From Thiotrichaceae bacterium UBA5859 (GTDB taxonomy: Bacteria; Pseudomonadota; Gammaproteobacteria; UBA5859), in contig DJFZ01000032.1 in assembly GCA_002432655.1 (NCBI GenBank), forward strand, positions 1,775 through 65,774: a DNA stretch of 64,000 nucleotides, given 5' to 3'. A program made the position numbers and the translations under genes. Below are positions 12,325 through 23,101 of this stretch, piece after piece; the first letter of the stretch is position 1, and each line of letters opens with the position of its first letter. The notes beneath the pieces are model-generated. The model saw only the letters and a list, made by a program, of their open reading frames with translations, had not been told where the DNA came from and searched no databases.

Positions 12325-12378
12325 ATCCGTATTATTTTAAATGGTTGATGGCGTTTATGTTAGATCTATGGGAAATAT

Positions 12379-14550
12379 CTATGCATTGGTTGCTTTTAAT
12401 CGCTCCATGAGAGACTCTGCTTCTTCCTTTTCCTTCTCATCTCCCTCTTTGAGCACTTCGCGAATCAATTCCTCAGCACCTTCAAAATCTTCCATCTCTA
12501 TGTAGGTAGTGGCCAAATCCAACTGAGTGCTAAAATTATCTGCACCAAAGCTGTCTTCACCCTCATCTTCCGTGGCGACTTCCTCTTGGAATGCAGACTC
12601 ATCGTCTGTCAGCTCCAATATACCCAAATCACCTTCCTCATCGAGCGCAGTCAATTCTGCGAACGCTTTTGCTTCTAACTCAGGATCCACCGTTTCTTGT
12701 TTAGTAGTAGAGCCAGCCAATAGCGATGCTGGAGCTTCCAGATCTTGATTCATATTTAGTGGCTCTTCATCGCTGACGATTCCTGTATCCAATCCGTCCA
12801 TTAACTCTGTGTCAGTCTCGTGATGTTCGACATGAAATTGCCCTTCCTGCAGCGTAGAGCCCGTGTCGTGAGTATCCGTAGTTTCAGCAAACAACCAATG
12901 TTCTGGCGCCACCTCTAAACCCAGAGCTTGTACTCGATTCCAACCGCTATATTGTGTGCCTACTATGAGAGAATGAAGACGTTCTGCTTCGGAGACGAAC
13001 ATATGAATGTTGCCTGCATCATAATAAATTTCAATTAGTCTAGTGCGTGCATCGTGATCGTCGGGATGCATTTCCAGATGTTCTTTTAACAGTTTTTGTG
13101 CTGCCGCTTGCTGATCTTGCTCAACCAGTTCGTCCGCTTGTTCCAATACACCTTTGGCAGCTGAGGTATGCTCTTGAATCATGGTACCCGCATCGGGTTC
13201 CTCAGATTCAAATTCAACGTAGTCTTCTGCGGCCTCTTGTCGACCTTTCAAGAAACGTAATCCAACGGCTACCAATGCTAACAGCAGCAACGCTCCTAAC
13301 AAAAACAGAGTACGATTTTCTGCAATGCTATCTACCAATCCAGTGGGCTCTGGCTCTTGCGCGGTCGCTTGTTCCGCTTCATTGGTTGCTAACTCTGGCG
13401 CATTCGCTGGCGCTTGTTCTACCACTTGCGGCTCTTCAATAGCTTGCGATTCAAGCTCTACCAACTGCTCACTACGTAACTGGATCAACGCCTCCATATT
13501 CTGAATTTGAGACTCTAAATCCAAGATACGAGATCTTAGTTCATCGTTTTCTCGCACCACGGCATCCATAGCTTCCTGGGCAAGGCTGGATCCGTCCGCG
13601 CCATTTTCTGTCGCAGCGTCCGCTCCGGAACCACCTGCTTGCTCCAGGCTCTCGTTTACCTTCGGTACGATAAGCTCCAGTTGCGGACCAGTCACTGCGC
13701 CGCCACTACCGGAAGGCAAGGGAGTCTCCGGTTTCGAGGTGGTAAGGGGTGCTTGAGGGGCGCTTTGGGCGCTGGTAATACGATTGCTTTCCCATGCACT
13801 ATTTTGTCTAACAAATTCTTGATGGGCTTCCGACCGACTCATAGCCTTAAAGGTCGCAGCACTTGGAATTCTTAAGACCTCCCCGCGCTTGAGTTCATTC
13901 ACATTGTTATTGATGAATGCGTGAGGATTAGCCTCTAACAAGGCCATCATCGATTGGTAAACACTAACAGAATCGTCGGGTCGAACTTCCGTAGCGATGC
14001 TCCAAAGGGTTTGATTTTCCAACACTGGCCCATAAAGCTCACCTGCCAAATCGACATTTTGGTCTGCAGTCGCGGAAGGTCCGGGCTGTGCAGCACTCTC
14101 CTCAGCTAACCTGGCTTCCAGCGGAGCACCCTCTTCTGAAAACACCGGGGGATCCAACAACACGGTAAATTCGCGCTGCAATCGACCAGCGGGCCAGGTG
14201 AGATCTACTAGAAAATTCAGGAAAGGTTCGTTGACTGGCGCCTCAGTAGTCACCAACAATTTTGGCTCTGCGCCCGCCCTGGAAACAGTAAATTGTAGGT
14301 TGAATAGATCCGCCACTCTTTGAATACCGGCGCGCTGAAAAGCTTCACCATCCGCTAATCCCGCGTCAACGGTATCAAAATTTATTCCATCTGCAGAAAC
14401 GAAACCAATTTCTGCTTCTAAAGGTTCGCCCAGTTTAGAATTGACTTGGATCTGTCCCAAACCAAGCGCCAATAGAGCTTGAATCGGCAATAGGAAAAGA
14501 GTGAATATCAAACTCCATTTCGTCATCCTGGCCTGTACAAACACGCTCAT
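12379..14550 (-). CDS. fimV: FimV-like peptidoglycan-binding motility/polar-organiser protein
   Basis: Signal/TM at the N-terminus, LysM-like segment, highly acidic low-complexity middle, single TM (LFLLGALLLLALVAVGL), conserved FimV C-terminal TPR motif (TQLDLATTYIEMEDFEGAEELIREVL); asd-fimV-truA synteny. Confidence 0.8.
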   Translation of the reverse strand: MSVFVQARMTKWSLIFTLFLLPIQALLALGLGQIQVNSKLGEPLEAEIGFVSADGINFDTVDAGLADGEAFQRAGIQRVADLFNLQFTVSRAGAEPKLLVTTEAPVNEPFLNFLVDLTWPAGRLQREFTVLLDPPVFSEEGAPLEARLAEESAAQPGPSATADQNVDLAGELYGPVLENQTLWSIATEVRPDDSVSVYQSMMALLEANPHAFINNNVNELKRGEVLRIPSAATFKAMSRSEAHQEFVRQNSAWESNRITSAQSAPQAPLTTSKPETPLPSGSGGAVTGPQLELIVPKVNESLEQAGGSGADAATENGADGSSLAQEAMDAVVRENDELRSRILDLESQIQNMEALIQLRSEQLVELESQAIEEPQVVEQAPANAPELATNEAEQATAQEPEPTGLVDSIAENRTLFLLGALLLLALVAVGLRFLKGRQEAAEDYVEFESEEPDAGTMIQEHTSAAKGVLEQADELVEQDQQAAAQKLLKEHLEMHPDDHDARTRLIEIYYDAGNIHMFVSEAERLHSLIVGTQYSGWNRVQALGLEVAPEHWLFAETTDTHDTGSTLQEGQFHVEHHETDTELMDGLDTGIVSDEEPLNMNQDLEAPASLLAGSTTKQETVDPELEAKAFAELTALDEEGDLGILELTDDESAFQEEVATEDEGEDSFGADNFSTQLDLATTYIEMEDFEGAEELIREVLKEGDEKEKEEAESLMERLKATNA

Positions 14551-14666
14551 CTCCGTTGAGTTGTCCTGATTTTTTGAGTAGCCTACCCGTTTCCATCTGG
14601 GTTTTTAAGGCCACCAGTTACGCACACGCTTATGGTGCGATTCCCTTAGTCTATCCGTACTATTTC

Positions 14667-15704
14667 CTATGATGGCGGCAGATTGAAGTAATCTTTTATC
14701 AAAATTTCAGCAATTTGAACACTATTAAGGGCAGCCCCTTTACGTAAATTATCAGCCACCACCCATAGATCGATGCCTCTAGGATGTGAAATATCCTCCC
14801 GAACGCGGCCCACATATACTGCATCAGTATCCGCAGCCTCAGTGGCGGCAGTGGGATAACCGCCGTCCTCTCGCTCATCCATGAGATGAATGCCGGGCGA
14901 CACCCTGAGTAAATCCTGTACCTCAGAAGCGGATATCTTTTCCCGGGTCTCAATATGAACGGCCTCAGAGTGACCATAAAATACCGGTATTCGCACAGTG
15001 GTCGGGTTCACCTGGATGCGGTCGTCACCCATAATTTTTTTCGTCTCCAAGACCATTTTCATCTCTTCTTTTGTGTATCCGTTATCCATAAAAACATCGA
15101 TTTGGGGCAGTGCATTAAAGGCTATCTGCTTGGGATACACTTTACTTTCGACTTCGTTACCATTGAGCAATGTAGCGGTCTGCATGGCTAATTCCTCTAT
15201 CGCTTCTTTGCCCGTTCCGGACACCGCTTGATAAGTGGCCACATTGATGCGCTCAATGCCTACGGCATCATATATAGGCTTTAAAGCCACCACCATCTGA
15301 ATCGTTGAACAGTTTGGATTGGCGATGATATTGCGTTCGCGATAATCCGCAATATCAGCCGCGTTCACCTCCGGCACAACCAAGGGAATATCTTCATGCA
15401 TACGAAAATGGGAGGTATTGTCGATCACCACACAGCCTGCATCTGCAGCTAGCGGCGCGAATTGCGCAGAAACTGAACCTCCAGCGGAGAAAAGCGCTAT
15501 TTGGGCTTGGGAAAAATCGAACTCCTCAAGTAAGCCAACAGTCAAGTAACTGCCAGCGAATTGAATTTTACTGCCCGCGCTGCGGCTGCTAGCAAGCGGA
15601 TAGAGCTTGCGCACTGGAAACTGACGCTGCTCAAGAATTGCAATCATCGTCTCACCCACCGCACCAGTTGCCCCAACGACAGCTATATCGAAACCTTCAC
15701 TCAT
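14667..15704 (-). CDS. asd: Aspartate-semialdehyde dehydrogenase
   Basis: 345 aa; N-terminal NAD(P)-binding VAVVGATGAVG; active-site Cys region NPNCSTI. Confidence 0.9.
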   Translation of the reverse strand: MSEGFDIAVVGATGAVGETMIAILEQRQFPVRKLYPLASSRSAGSKIQFAGSYLTVGLLEEFDFSQAQIALFSAGGSVSAQFAPLAADAGCVVIDNTSHFRMHEDIPLVVPEVNAADIADYRERNIIANPNCSTIQMVVALKPIYDAVGIERINVATYQAVSGTGKEAIEELAMQTATLLNGNEVESKVYPKQIAFNALPQIDVFMDNGYTKEEMKMVLETKKIMGDDRIQVNPTTVRIPVFYGHSEAVHIETREKISASEVQDLLRVSPGIHLMDEREDGGYPTAATEAADTDAVYVGRVREDISHPRGIDLWVVADNLRKGAALNSVQIAEILIKDYFNLPPS

Positions 15705-15753
15705 TTATAAATCGCCTAAAATTCATTTAGTTAGTATAGTTAAGTAATCAACC

Positions 15754-16824
15754 TTATAAATAATCCAACACAGCATCACCCATTTCCTCTGTGCCCATCA
15801 ATTTGTTTCCGGGTTGATAAATATCCGCAGTTCTTAATCCCTCGGCCAACACCTGTTGAATAGCGTTTTCGATTTTATCCGCTAATGCAACCTCATCCAG
15901 GCTATATTTTAATAGCATGGCTAACGAGAGTAAGGTGGCAATGGGATTAGCCTTATTTTGTCCCGCAATATCGGGTGCCGAGCCATGGACTGGTTCATAT
16001 AAGCCTTTGTTATCTGCATTCAGTGATGCCGAGGGCAACATGCCTATGGATCCTGTCAACATGGCGGCACAATCGGACAAGATATCGCCAAATAGATTAG
16101 TGGTCACCACCACATCAAACTGCTTCGGTGCACGTACCAGTTGCATCGCCGCGTTGTCCACATACATATGAGAGAGTTCAATAGCTGGATACCGTGCTGA
16201 CAACTCAGTGATACATTGTCGCCACAGTTCAGTACTCTCAAGGACATTCGCCTTATCCACAGAACATAACCGACCCTGACGCTTAGCAGCAATTTCAAAG
16301 GCTATACGACCAATGCGATTGATTTCTGACTCGCTGTAGACCAGGGTATTATAGCCTTCGCGTTCGCCAGATGCATTGTTGCGTATTCCCCTAGGCTGTC
16401 CAAAGTAGATGCCTCCGGTCAATTCGCGTACGATGAGGATATCTAACCCCGCCACCACTTCAGGCTTTAAGGTAGAAGCATCCGCTAATTCTGGATACAA
16501 AATCACCGGTCTTAAATTAGCGAACAACCCCAACTCAGAACGTAATTTTAGAAGTGCGATCTCGGGACGTTGACTGATCTCCAGTACCTCCCATTTCGGT
16601 CCCCCAACCGCCCCGAATAAGATTCCATCTGCTTCTTTTGCCCGCTGCAATACTTCATCAGTTAAAGGGCTACCGTAAGCATCGAAACTGGCGCCTCCCA
16701 CCAGAGCCTCACTTGTCTCGATCTGCAAGCCATGATCAGATCGCAATTTTTCAATCAGCTTTTTTGCCTGGGAAATGATCTCAGGCCCTACCCCGTCTCC
16801 CGGCAACAATAAGATTTTTTTCAT
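15754..16824 (-). CDS. leuB: 3-isopropylmalate dehydrogenase
   Basis: 356 aa; [16 protein letters not shown] start typical of LeuB. Confidence 0.95.
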   Translation of the reverse strand: MKKILLLPGDGVGPEIISQAKKLIEKLRSDHGLQIETSEALVGGASFDAYGSPLTDEVLQRAKEADGILFGAVGGPKWEVLEISQRPEIALLKLRSELGLFANLRPVILYPELADASTLKPEVVAGLDILIVRELTGGIYFGQPRGIRNNASGEREGYNTLVYSESEINRIGRIAFEIAAKRQGRLCSVDKANVLESTELWRQCITELSARYPAIELSHMYVDNAAMQLVRAPKQFDVVVTTNLFGDILSDCAAMLTGSIGMLPSASLNADNKGLYEPVHGSAPDIAGQNKANPIATLLSLAMLLKYSLDEVALADKIENAIQQVLAEGLRTADIYQPGNKLMGTEEMGDAVLDYL

Positions 16825-16855
16825 TTAATCAACCTTTGATAATATTGGTAAGATT

Positions 16856-17509
16856 TTAGATGTCACCTGGCGCATTAAACAGCCAGGGAACCTGTTGCCG
16901 ACGCTTCGACTCATAAGCTCTAATGAGATCTGCCTTTTGCAACGTAAGGCCGATTTCATCTAATCCTTCCAGTAACGCCTGCTTGCGAAACTCTTCCAAC
17001 TGAAAATTCACGACTTCCCCGTCTGGCTTACATATCTGCTGCTTAGCTAGATCGACAGCCAATTCATAGCCCGGATCAGCTAATACCTCGGCAAATAACT
17101 GTTCAACTATTTCTTCATTTAGAACAATAGGTAATATTCCATTTTTAAAGCAGTTGTTATAAAAAATCTCGGCGAAGCTAGACGCTATTAAGACTCTGAA
17201 TCCAGCATCCAACAAAGCCCAAGGGGCGTGCTCCCGGCTCGATCCACAACCAAAATTTTCCCGCGCTAATAATACAGTTGCGCCTTGGTAGCGCGACTGG
17301 TTCATTACGAATTCGGTGTTCAGCCGCCGTTTTGAATGGTCATCTCCAGGCTCACCCGGATCCAAATAGCGCCAATCATCGAACAGGTTGGGACCAAAGC
17401 CGGTTCGCTTGATGGATTTTAGATACTGCTTTGGAATGATGGCATCAGTATCCACATTCGCTCGATCCAAAGGCATCACAATGCCCTGCCACTCTGTTAG
17501 TTTTTTCAT
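16856..17509 (-). CDS. leuD: 3-isopropylmalate dehydratase small subunit
   Basis: 217 aa LeuD fold. Confidence 0.95.
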   Translation of the reverse strand: MKKLTEWQGIVMPLDRANVDTDAIIPKQYLKSIKRTGFGPNLFDDWRYLDPGEPGDDHSKRRLNTEFVMNQSRYQGATVLLARENFGCGSSREHAPWALLDAGFRVLIASSFAEIFYNNCFKNGILPIVLNEEIVEQLFAEVLADPGYELAVDLAKQQICKPDGEVVNFQLEEFRKQALLEGLDEIGLTLQKADLIRAYESKRRQQVPWLFNAPGDI

Positions 17510-17527
17510 TGATGTGTTCCCTTCGTC

Positions 17528-18931
17528 CTACGCTTCTCTGACATCCACAAAGTGGCCAGCGATGGCAGCAGCGGCGGCCATTGCCGGACTCACCAAATGG
17601 GTACGGCCGCCCTGCCCTTGACGACCTTCAAAATTTCGATTGGAAGTAGAAGCGCAACGTTCCCCCGGAGCCAGGCGATCTGCATTCATCGCCAGACACA
17701 TGGAGCAACCTGGTTCGCGCCATTCAAAACCCGCTTCTTTAAAGACCTTGTCCAAACCCTCTTTTTCTGCTTGGGCCTTGACCAAACCAGAACCAGGCAC
17801 CACCATCGCCAACTTGATGTTTTCCGCTATCTTATTGCCCGCCACCCAACGCGCAGCTTGCCGCAGATCTTCAATGCGTGAATTGGTGCACGAGCCGATA
17901 AAGACTTTATCCAGCGGTATGGAGTTAACCCGGGTACCGGGCGCTAAGGACATATATTCCAACGCCCGTTGCAACGATTTTCGTTCCGCATCTGTTTGCA
18001 TCTGCTCGTAGGTGGGTATGGCACCATCTATGGGCGCGACCATTTCCGGTGACGTTCCCCAAGTCACCTGTGGTGCAATGGTACCAGCGTCTAATACTAT
18101 CTCTTTATCAAATTCACAATTCTCGTCACTCACCAAAGTTCGCCAATAACTCACCGCTTGTTCCCATACCTCGCCTTGAGGCGCATAAGGACGATCTCGA
18201 AGATACTCAATGGTGATTTCATCCACCGACACTAACCCTGCCCGGGCGCCCGCCTCGATGGCCATATTACACAGGGTCATCCGGCCTTCCATCGACAAAG
18301 TGTGTATCGCCTCACCGTCGAACTCGATTGCGTAACCAGTCCCCCCTGCCGTCCCCAACTCTCCAATCACCGCTAAAATGATGTCTTTCGCTGTCACACC
18401 CACCGCCAATTGCCCATCTACTTTGATGCGCATATTTTTCATCTTTTTTTGAATCAGGCATTGAGTCGCCAACACATGTTCTACTTCAGAAGTACCAATA
18501 CCGTGTGCTAAGGCACCAAAAGCACCGTGAGTTGAGGTATGGGAATCGCCACAAACAATTGTCATCCCAGGCAAAGTCGCACCCTGTTCAGGCCCCATCA
18601 CGTGCACGATCCCCTGTCGAATATCATTCATGGGGATCTCGGTGATACCAAAATCCGCACAATTCTTGTCCAAAGTTTCCACTTGGAGGCGAGACACCGG
18701 ATCGGAAATTCCTCTGCTACGGTCAGTAGTGGGTACATTGTGATCAGGAACTGCCAAATTGGTCTCCAGTCGCCAAGGTTTTCGATTTGCCAAGCGCAAT
18801 CCCTCGAAGGCCTGGGGCGAGGTCACTTCATGCAGTAGATGTCTGTCTATATAGAGTAACGCGGTACCGTCTTCCTGCTCTGACACCAAATGCTGCTGCC
18901 AAAGCTTGTCGTAGAGGGTTTGTGCTGCCAT
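17528..18931 (-). CDS. leuC: 3-isopropylmalate dehydratase large subunit
   Basis: 467 aa aconitase-family; Fe-S Cys ligands present. Confidence 0.95.
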   Translation of the reverse strand: MAAQTLYDKLWQQHLVSEQEDGTALLYIDRHLLHEVTSPQAFEGLRLANRKPWRLETNLAVPDHNVPTTDRSRGISDPVSRLQVETLDKNCADFGITEIPMNDIRQGIVHVMGPEQGATLPGMTIVCGDSHTSTHGAFGALAHGIGTSEVEHVLATQCLIQKKMKNMRIKVDGQLAVGVTAKDIILAVIGELGTAGGTGYAIEFDGEAIHTLSMEGRMTLCNMAIEAGARAGLVSVDEITIEYLRDRPYAPQGEVWEQAVSYWRTLVSDENCEFDKEIVLDAGTIAPQVTWGTSPEMVAPIDGAIPTYEQMQTDAERKSLQRALEYMSLAPGTRVNSIPLDKVFIGSCTNSRIEDLRQAARWVAGNKIAENIKLAMVVPGSGLVKAQAEKEGLDKVFKEAGFEWREPGCSMCLAMNADRLAPGERCASTSNRNFEGRQGQGGRTHLVSPAMAAAAAIAGHFVDVREA

Positions 18932-19017
18932 TGAGTTGCTCCTATGTACTTTTGCAATATTTTACGGTTCGACTTAACATTACTCAAATTCATATTGATA
19001 ATATTTTGTATTCCTTA

Positions 19018-19914
19018 ATGGAATGGATAGTGGAAACCAATCAACTAAAAGCGTTTGTGGCAGTCGCGCAGCTAAATAGTTTTTCCTTAGCAGCGGACAA
19101 GCTACACCTCACTCAACCGGCTATCAGTAAACGCGTTGCCGCTCTAGAGAACCATCTACAACAAAAGCTATTCGATCGCATTGGCAAGCGATTGATGTTA
19201 ACGGAGGCAGGCCATCTGCTCTTACCTCGCGCGCAAACATTACTGCAGGAGTTAGACGCCATTAAGCAGTTGGTTACCGATCTCTCGGCACCCGTACAAG
19301 GACCTCTGGCGCTCTCTACCAGTCACCACATTGGGCTACATCGACTACCGCAGGTGTTGCGACAATTTAGTAAGCAGTTTCCCCAAGTATCCCTTGACCT
19401 AAAATTCGTCGATTCGGAAAAAGCTTGCGAGCAGGTATGGAAAGGTGAAATTGAACTTGGCGTGGTCACCCTACCTACCATCCCATGGAAAGATTTACGC
19501 TTTACGCCTATCTGGCCAGATCCACTAAAATTTGTGGTTGCCCAAGACCATGCACTCGTCTCTCAATCCAATATCAGCTTACACACGTTAAGCCAGACAC
19601 CCGCATTATTACCGTCAGAGGGTACCTTTACCCGAGATATTGTGACTAAAGTCTTTCAAGAAGTTGGATTAAATTTCACCACCGCTCTAAATACCAACTA
19701 CATGGAAACTTTAAAATCCATGTGTGCCATCGGCTTAGGATGGAGCTTGCTGCCTACGACCATGATTGATGAGACGCTGACCATCCTAGAAGTGCCCGGA
19801 GTTCAGCTACAACGCATATTAGGTATGGTGATTCACGAACAAAGAACTTTGAGCCGGGCTGCTCTAGCTTTCACAAACCTACTAGAAGATGCTCAATTCA
19901 ATCCATTAGGTTAA
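19018..19914 (+). CDS. LysR-family transcriptional regulator, divergent from leuC
   Basis: HTH LTQPAISKRVAALE plus LysR substrate-binding domain. The track ORF 18787..19914 carries a 77-aa extension overlapping leuC, so I place the start at ATG 19018 (MEWIVETNQLKAF). Confidence 0.75.
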   Translation: MEWIVETNQLKAFVAVAQLNSFSLAADKLHLTQPAISKRVAALENHLQQKLFDRIGKRLMLTEAGHLLLPRAQTLLQELDAIKQLVTDLSAPVQGPLALSTSHHIGLHRLPQVLRQFSKQFPQVSLDLKFVDSEKACEQVWKGEIELGVVTLPTIPWKDLRFTPIWPDPLKFVVAQDHALVSQSNISLHTLSQTPALLPSEGTFTRDIVTKVFQEVGLNFTTALNTNYMETLKSMCAIGLGWSLLPTTMIDETLTILEVPGVQLQRILGMVIHEQRTLSRAALAFTNLLEDAQFNPLG

Positions 19915-20461
19915 ACAATAACCTATTTAACAATCTTTCCTTAATGCTGGGCACACTATTGTCTGTATAATTTTGATCCAGATGTGTCAGTATCGGTCTT
20001 GTGTGATGAATCCACATTTGTTCGTCCCAGAATAATGGTAGTGACAAACTACCTTGCGCAGCTAGCTTTTGATCGATAAGAGATCCTTCGTCCACCCGAA
20101 CTGATACAAAGTCTATTGCTTTTCGTTCCAGTGCCATACGCACGAGAGCAGCATAAGGACAGTGTGGTCTTTGGTATAAAACCTTATACCCATTAGTATT
20201 ATCAACTACTTCTACAGGGTTCGGTTTTGACGAAGGCAGCTGTTTATTTTCAATGCTGGTACTAGTTCGGTTATCTTCAACAGATTTTTTTTCTTGCTCG
20301 AAGGATTGCCACAGATCCAATAAATCAGCCTCGATGGATTTAGATGCAATTTGGCCCTTTTTCTTAAGAGGAGTTTTTCGACTACGTCCAATTTTCTCAG
20401 CCACTTCCGCTTGTGATCCATAGTGGCTAATGAGTGCCTCCAGAATCTCTAGTGACGTCAT
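19898..20461 (-). CDS. Hypothetical protein: N-terminal HTH-like segment plus C-terminal thioredoxin-fold (glutaredoxin/GST-N-like) domain
   Basis: C-terminal KVLYQRPHCPYAALVRMALERKAIDF...LPLFWDEQMWI resembles a glutaredoxin/GST-N monothiol CPYA motif; N-terminal YGSQAEVAEKIG is HTH-like; 3' end overlaps the LysR gene convergently by 17 nt. Confidence 0.4.
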   Translation of the reverse strand: MTSLEILEALISHYGSQAEVAEKIGRSRKTPLKKKGQIASKSIEADLLDLWQSFEQEKKSVEDNRTSTSIENKQLPSSKPNPVEVVDNTNGYKVLYQRPHCPYAALVRMALERKAIDFVSVRVDEGSLIDQKLAAQGSLSLPLFWDEQMWIHHTRPILTHLDQNYTDNSVPSIKERLLNRLLFNLMD

Positions 20462-20647
20462 GCTCCTCTCCTTTTTGATGCATCGAGATTTTTATCAGTC
20501 AACTTATCCATCAACGATACACCGAATTGACCTAGTAAAAAAGTCTGTGCTTCTTTACATTTGACAAGTAGCGCAAAAATCACTTAAAAAACACGGTCAT
20601 GTGTTAAACTGGCTGTCGAAATAAAAACAAGACCCCAAGGGGCTAAT

Positions 20648-22384
20648 GTGTTGAAATCCGCCATCACCGCCTTGAAAGAGGCACATAAACGAGCCTTAAA
20701 TCTATATAAGCTACGGCGCGGCAGGATTGCCGACTATCTCTTTCTTGATCTCAACGGTCCATTGCGCGAAAAACCTTTACGTTTACCCTGGTGGCATCGA
20801 TACCAACCCGCACCAGTACGCACACCGGTGGACGGCCATAGTCTGGATGAACTCAGAGAAACTCTGAAGGTCGTCAGCTCTGATCCTCGTGTCAAAGGTC
20901 TAATCGTTGATGTCACCTTGTTGGAAAGCGGTTGGGCCAACATACAGAGCTTGAGATCCATTTTTGACCAATTCAAAGAGTCTGATAAAAAGCTTGTGGT
21001 GTATGCGGATGACTTCAATATTCTAAACTACTATCTGGCCAGTGCTGCCGATCTGATAGTCATGCCGCCAGGAAGCTATTGGAATGTATTAGGCCTTGCC
21101 ATGAGTTTCTCCTATTTGGGAGAGTTTTTAGAGACACTAGGACTGAAACCAGAAGTCATTGCCATCTCACCCTATAAAGGTGCAGGGGATACTTACGCAC
21201 GCACCAGTATGTCCGATGAACAGCGTGAAATGATGAGCTGGATCCTAGACGCGCAGTATGACACCTTGGTTGAAGGTATGAGCCAAGGAAGAAATATACC
21301 TATCAACAGCATCAAAGATCTAATTGACAAGATACCCTATCGTGCGGAACAGGCTCTGGAACATAAATTAATAGATGAAGTGGCCTATCTCGATCAACTC
21401 GCCAATATTCTCAGTGAAGAACCCGTTAGTCTCGATACAAAGCCGCCGAGGGTGGCACCGCTGCAACAGGCATTAGCCAACTTGATCCAACCACCGAAAA
21501 CAGTGTCATCAAATAAAATTGCCATTGTCTCGGTAGAGGGCACCATTCAATACGGTTCTAGTCGCGCGATTCCGTCTCCTATCCCCTTACCTTTTATAGG
21601 CAATCAGCAAGCGGGATCACACACCTTTGCCCAAGCCATACGACGAGCGGAACGAGATCCGAAAGTGTCTGCCATCGTCTGTTACATTAATAGTCCAGGT
21701 GGTTCTGCTCTCGCATCTGATCTGATGTGGCGGGAACTCGAGCGCGTACGCCGACGCAAACCCGTAGTCGCTTACATGGGTAACGTCGCTGCATCTGGTG
21801 GGTACTATATTGCAGCCGGTTGTGATCACATCGTTGCGCAACCGCTCACCTTGACCGGCTCTATCGGTGTGTTGTTTATGAAGCTTTCTAGTCATGATTT
21901 TTATGAAAACATGTATATTTATAAAGAATCACTACAAAGAGGCCAACGAGCAAGGCTTTACGATACGGAGTCCTCATATACTGCAGAAGAAAAACAGGTC
22001 ATCGAAGATACGATTCGCGATTCTTATGTGCAATTTAAAGATAGAGTTCTCAATGGCAGACCCCTAGATGATGAGCATTTAGAGCCAGTAGCCGGTGGCA
22101 GAGTATGGTTGGGCAGCCAGGCAGCAAAACATAACTTAGTGGATGAACTGGGTGATTTACACTCTGCTATAGACAAAGCAAAAATGCTGGCCGGCATCGA
22201 TAAAGATCAAGAGACCAGTCACTATTGGCTACGGCCGTCTAGAAAATGGCGATTACCCTTACCGATCACAGCACAAGGTGTGCGGCAACCTCTGAAACAG
22301 CTCCAAGAATCTTTGTCCCCCGTGACTCGGGAACGTCTATGGTTCATCATGCCGTTCCATTTCAAACAAAATTCTAAACCTTAG
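20648..22384 (+). CDS. sppA: Signal peptide peptidase A (protease IV, 67K two-domain type)
   Basis: 578 aa with two ClpP/crotonase-like S49 domains; GTG start. Confidence 0.85.
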   Translation: MLKSAITALKEAHKRALNLYKLRRGRIADYLFLDLNGPLREKPLRLPWWHRYQPAPVRTPVDGHSLDELRETLKVVSSDPRVKGLIVDVTLLESGWANIQSLRSIFDQFKESDKKLVVYADDFNILNYYLASAADLIVMPPGSYWNVLGLAMSFSYLGEFLETLGLKPEVIAISPYKGAGDTYARTSMSDEQREMMSWILDAQYDTLVEGMSQGRNIPINSIKDLIDKIPYRAEQALEHKLIDEVAYLDQLANILSEEPVSLDTKPPRVAPLQQALANLIQPPKTVSSNKIAIVSVEGTIQYGSSRAIPSPIPLPFIGNQQAGSHTFAQAIRRAERDPKVSAIVCYINSPGGSALASDLMWRELERVRRRKPVVAYMGNVAASGGYYIAAGCDHIVAQPLTLTGSIGVLFMKLSSHDFYENMYIYKESLQRGQRARLYDTESSYTAEEKQVIEDTIRDSYVQFKDRVLNGRPLDDEHLEPVAGGRVWLGSQAAKHNLVDELGDLHSAIDKAKMLAGIDKDQETSHYWLRPSRKWRLPLPITAQGVRQPLKQLQESLSPVTRERLWFIMPFHFKQNSKP

Positions 22385-22747
22385 ACTGGCTACATGAGCG
22401 CCATTGGAAAACCGCTCTATAGAGTGGGCAATTTATAACCAGCTGGCCATTAAGATGTTGAATCAATAAATAATTATGTTTGCAGCCCATTGGAAATTAT
22501 AGACATTTGAAAGCCAACCTCCGTAGAGTCTCATTGCTGTCATCCGTCACCTTGATCCGGCAGATATTCATCAAGTGTAGTTTACGCCTACTTACCCGAT
22601 GTTCACCTAACGAATTGAGCAAACTCAGTGCGCTGCCCCCACAGTGGAGGAAATAAGTACTTTAAAAAGACAAACAGACCGCTTGAACTTGTTCGCTAAC
22701 CTTCATTATCTGACTAAGATAGGAATCAGAGCCACCGCTTTGGGTTC

Positions 22748-23089
22748 TCAAGAAATTTTGGAACCACGTGCCCGAACTGCTACCTCTAGAGACTTGTTCA
22801 CCCAAACACGTAATTCTTTTACGTCCTCAAGCACCTCCTCAGGGATTTGATAGAAATTCATTTTTGTGGGTCGATCTTTAAAGGGAATGAATTGCGCCAT
22901 GCCCACTGCTTCAAAATCATGTCGGTTGGTTTCATCAACTTTGAGAAACAGGCCGTCTTCAACAATCAAACCAAAAAATAGTTCTTCAAAATAGAGGCCG
23001 ACCCCACCAAACATATTTCGATGTCGAATCGGCCCTAACTGAGATAACTGCTCAATGATGTGCTTCTTGAGTTGTTCACTAACTGCCAT
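22748..23089 (-). CDS. TfoX N-terminal-domain-only protein
   Basis: MFGGVGLYFEELFFGLIVEDGLFLKVDE matches the TfoX/Sxy N-domain consensus; 113 aa, no C-terminal domain. Confidence 0.65.
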   Translation of the reverse strand: MAVSEQLKKHIIEQLSQLGPIRHRNMFGGVGLYFEELFFGLIVEDGLFLKVDETNRHDFEAVGMAQFIPFKDRPTKMNFYQIPEEVLEDVKELRVWVNKSLEVAVRARGSKIS

Positions 23090-23101
23090 GGTGTCTATAC
23101 A

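Noticed and set aside
14551-14666. Hairpin cgcac-N9-gtgcg downstream of asd as a terminator
   Set aside because: It has a 5-bp stem, a 9-nt loop and no U-run, so it is not a convincing intrinsic terminator.
18787-19017. 5' extension of the LysR ORF (track ORF 18787..19914) that overlaps leuC by 145 nt
   Set aside because: The extension has no homology and is antisense to the conserved leuC N-terminus. The LysR HTH begins right after the internal ATG at 19018, so I trimmed the gene.
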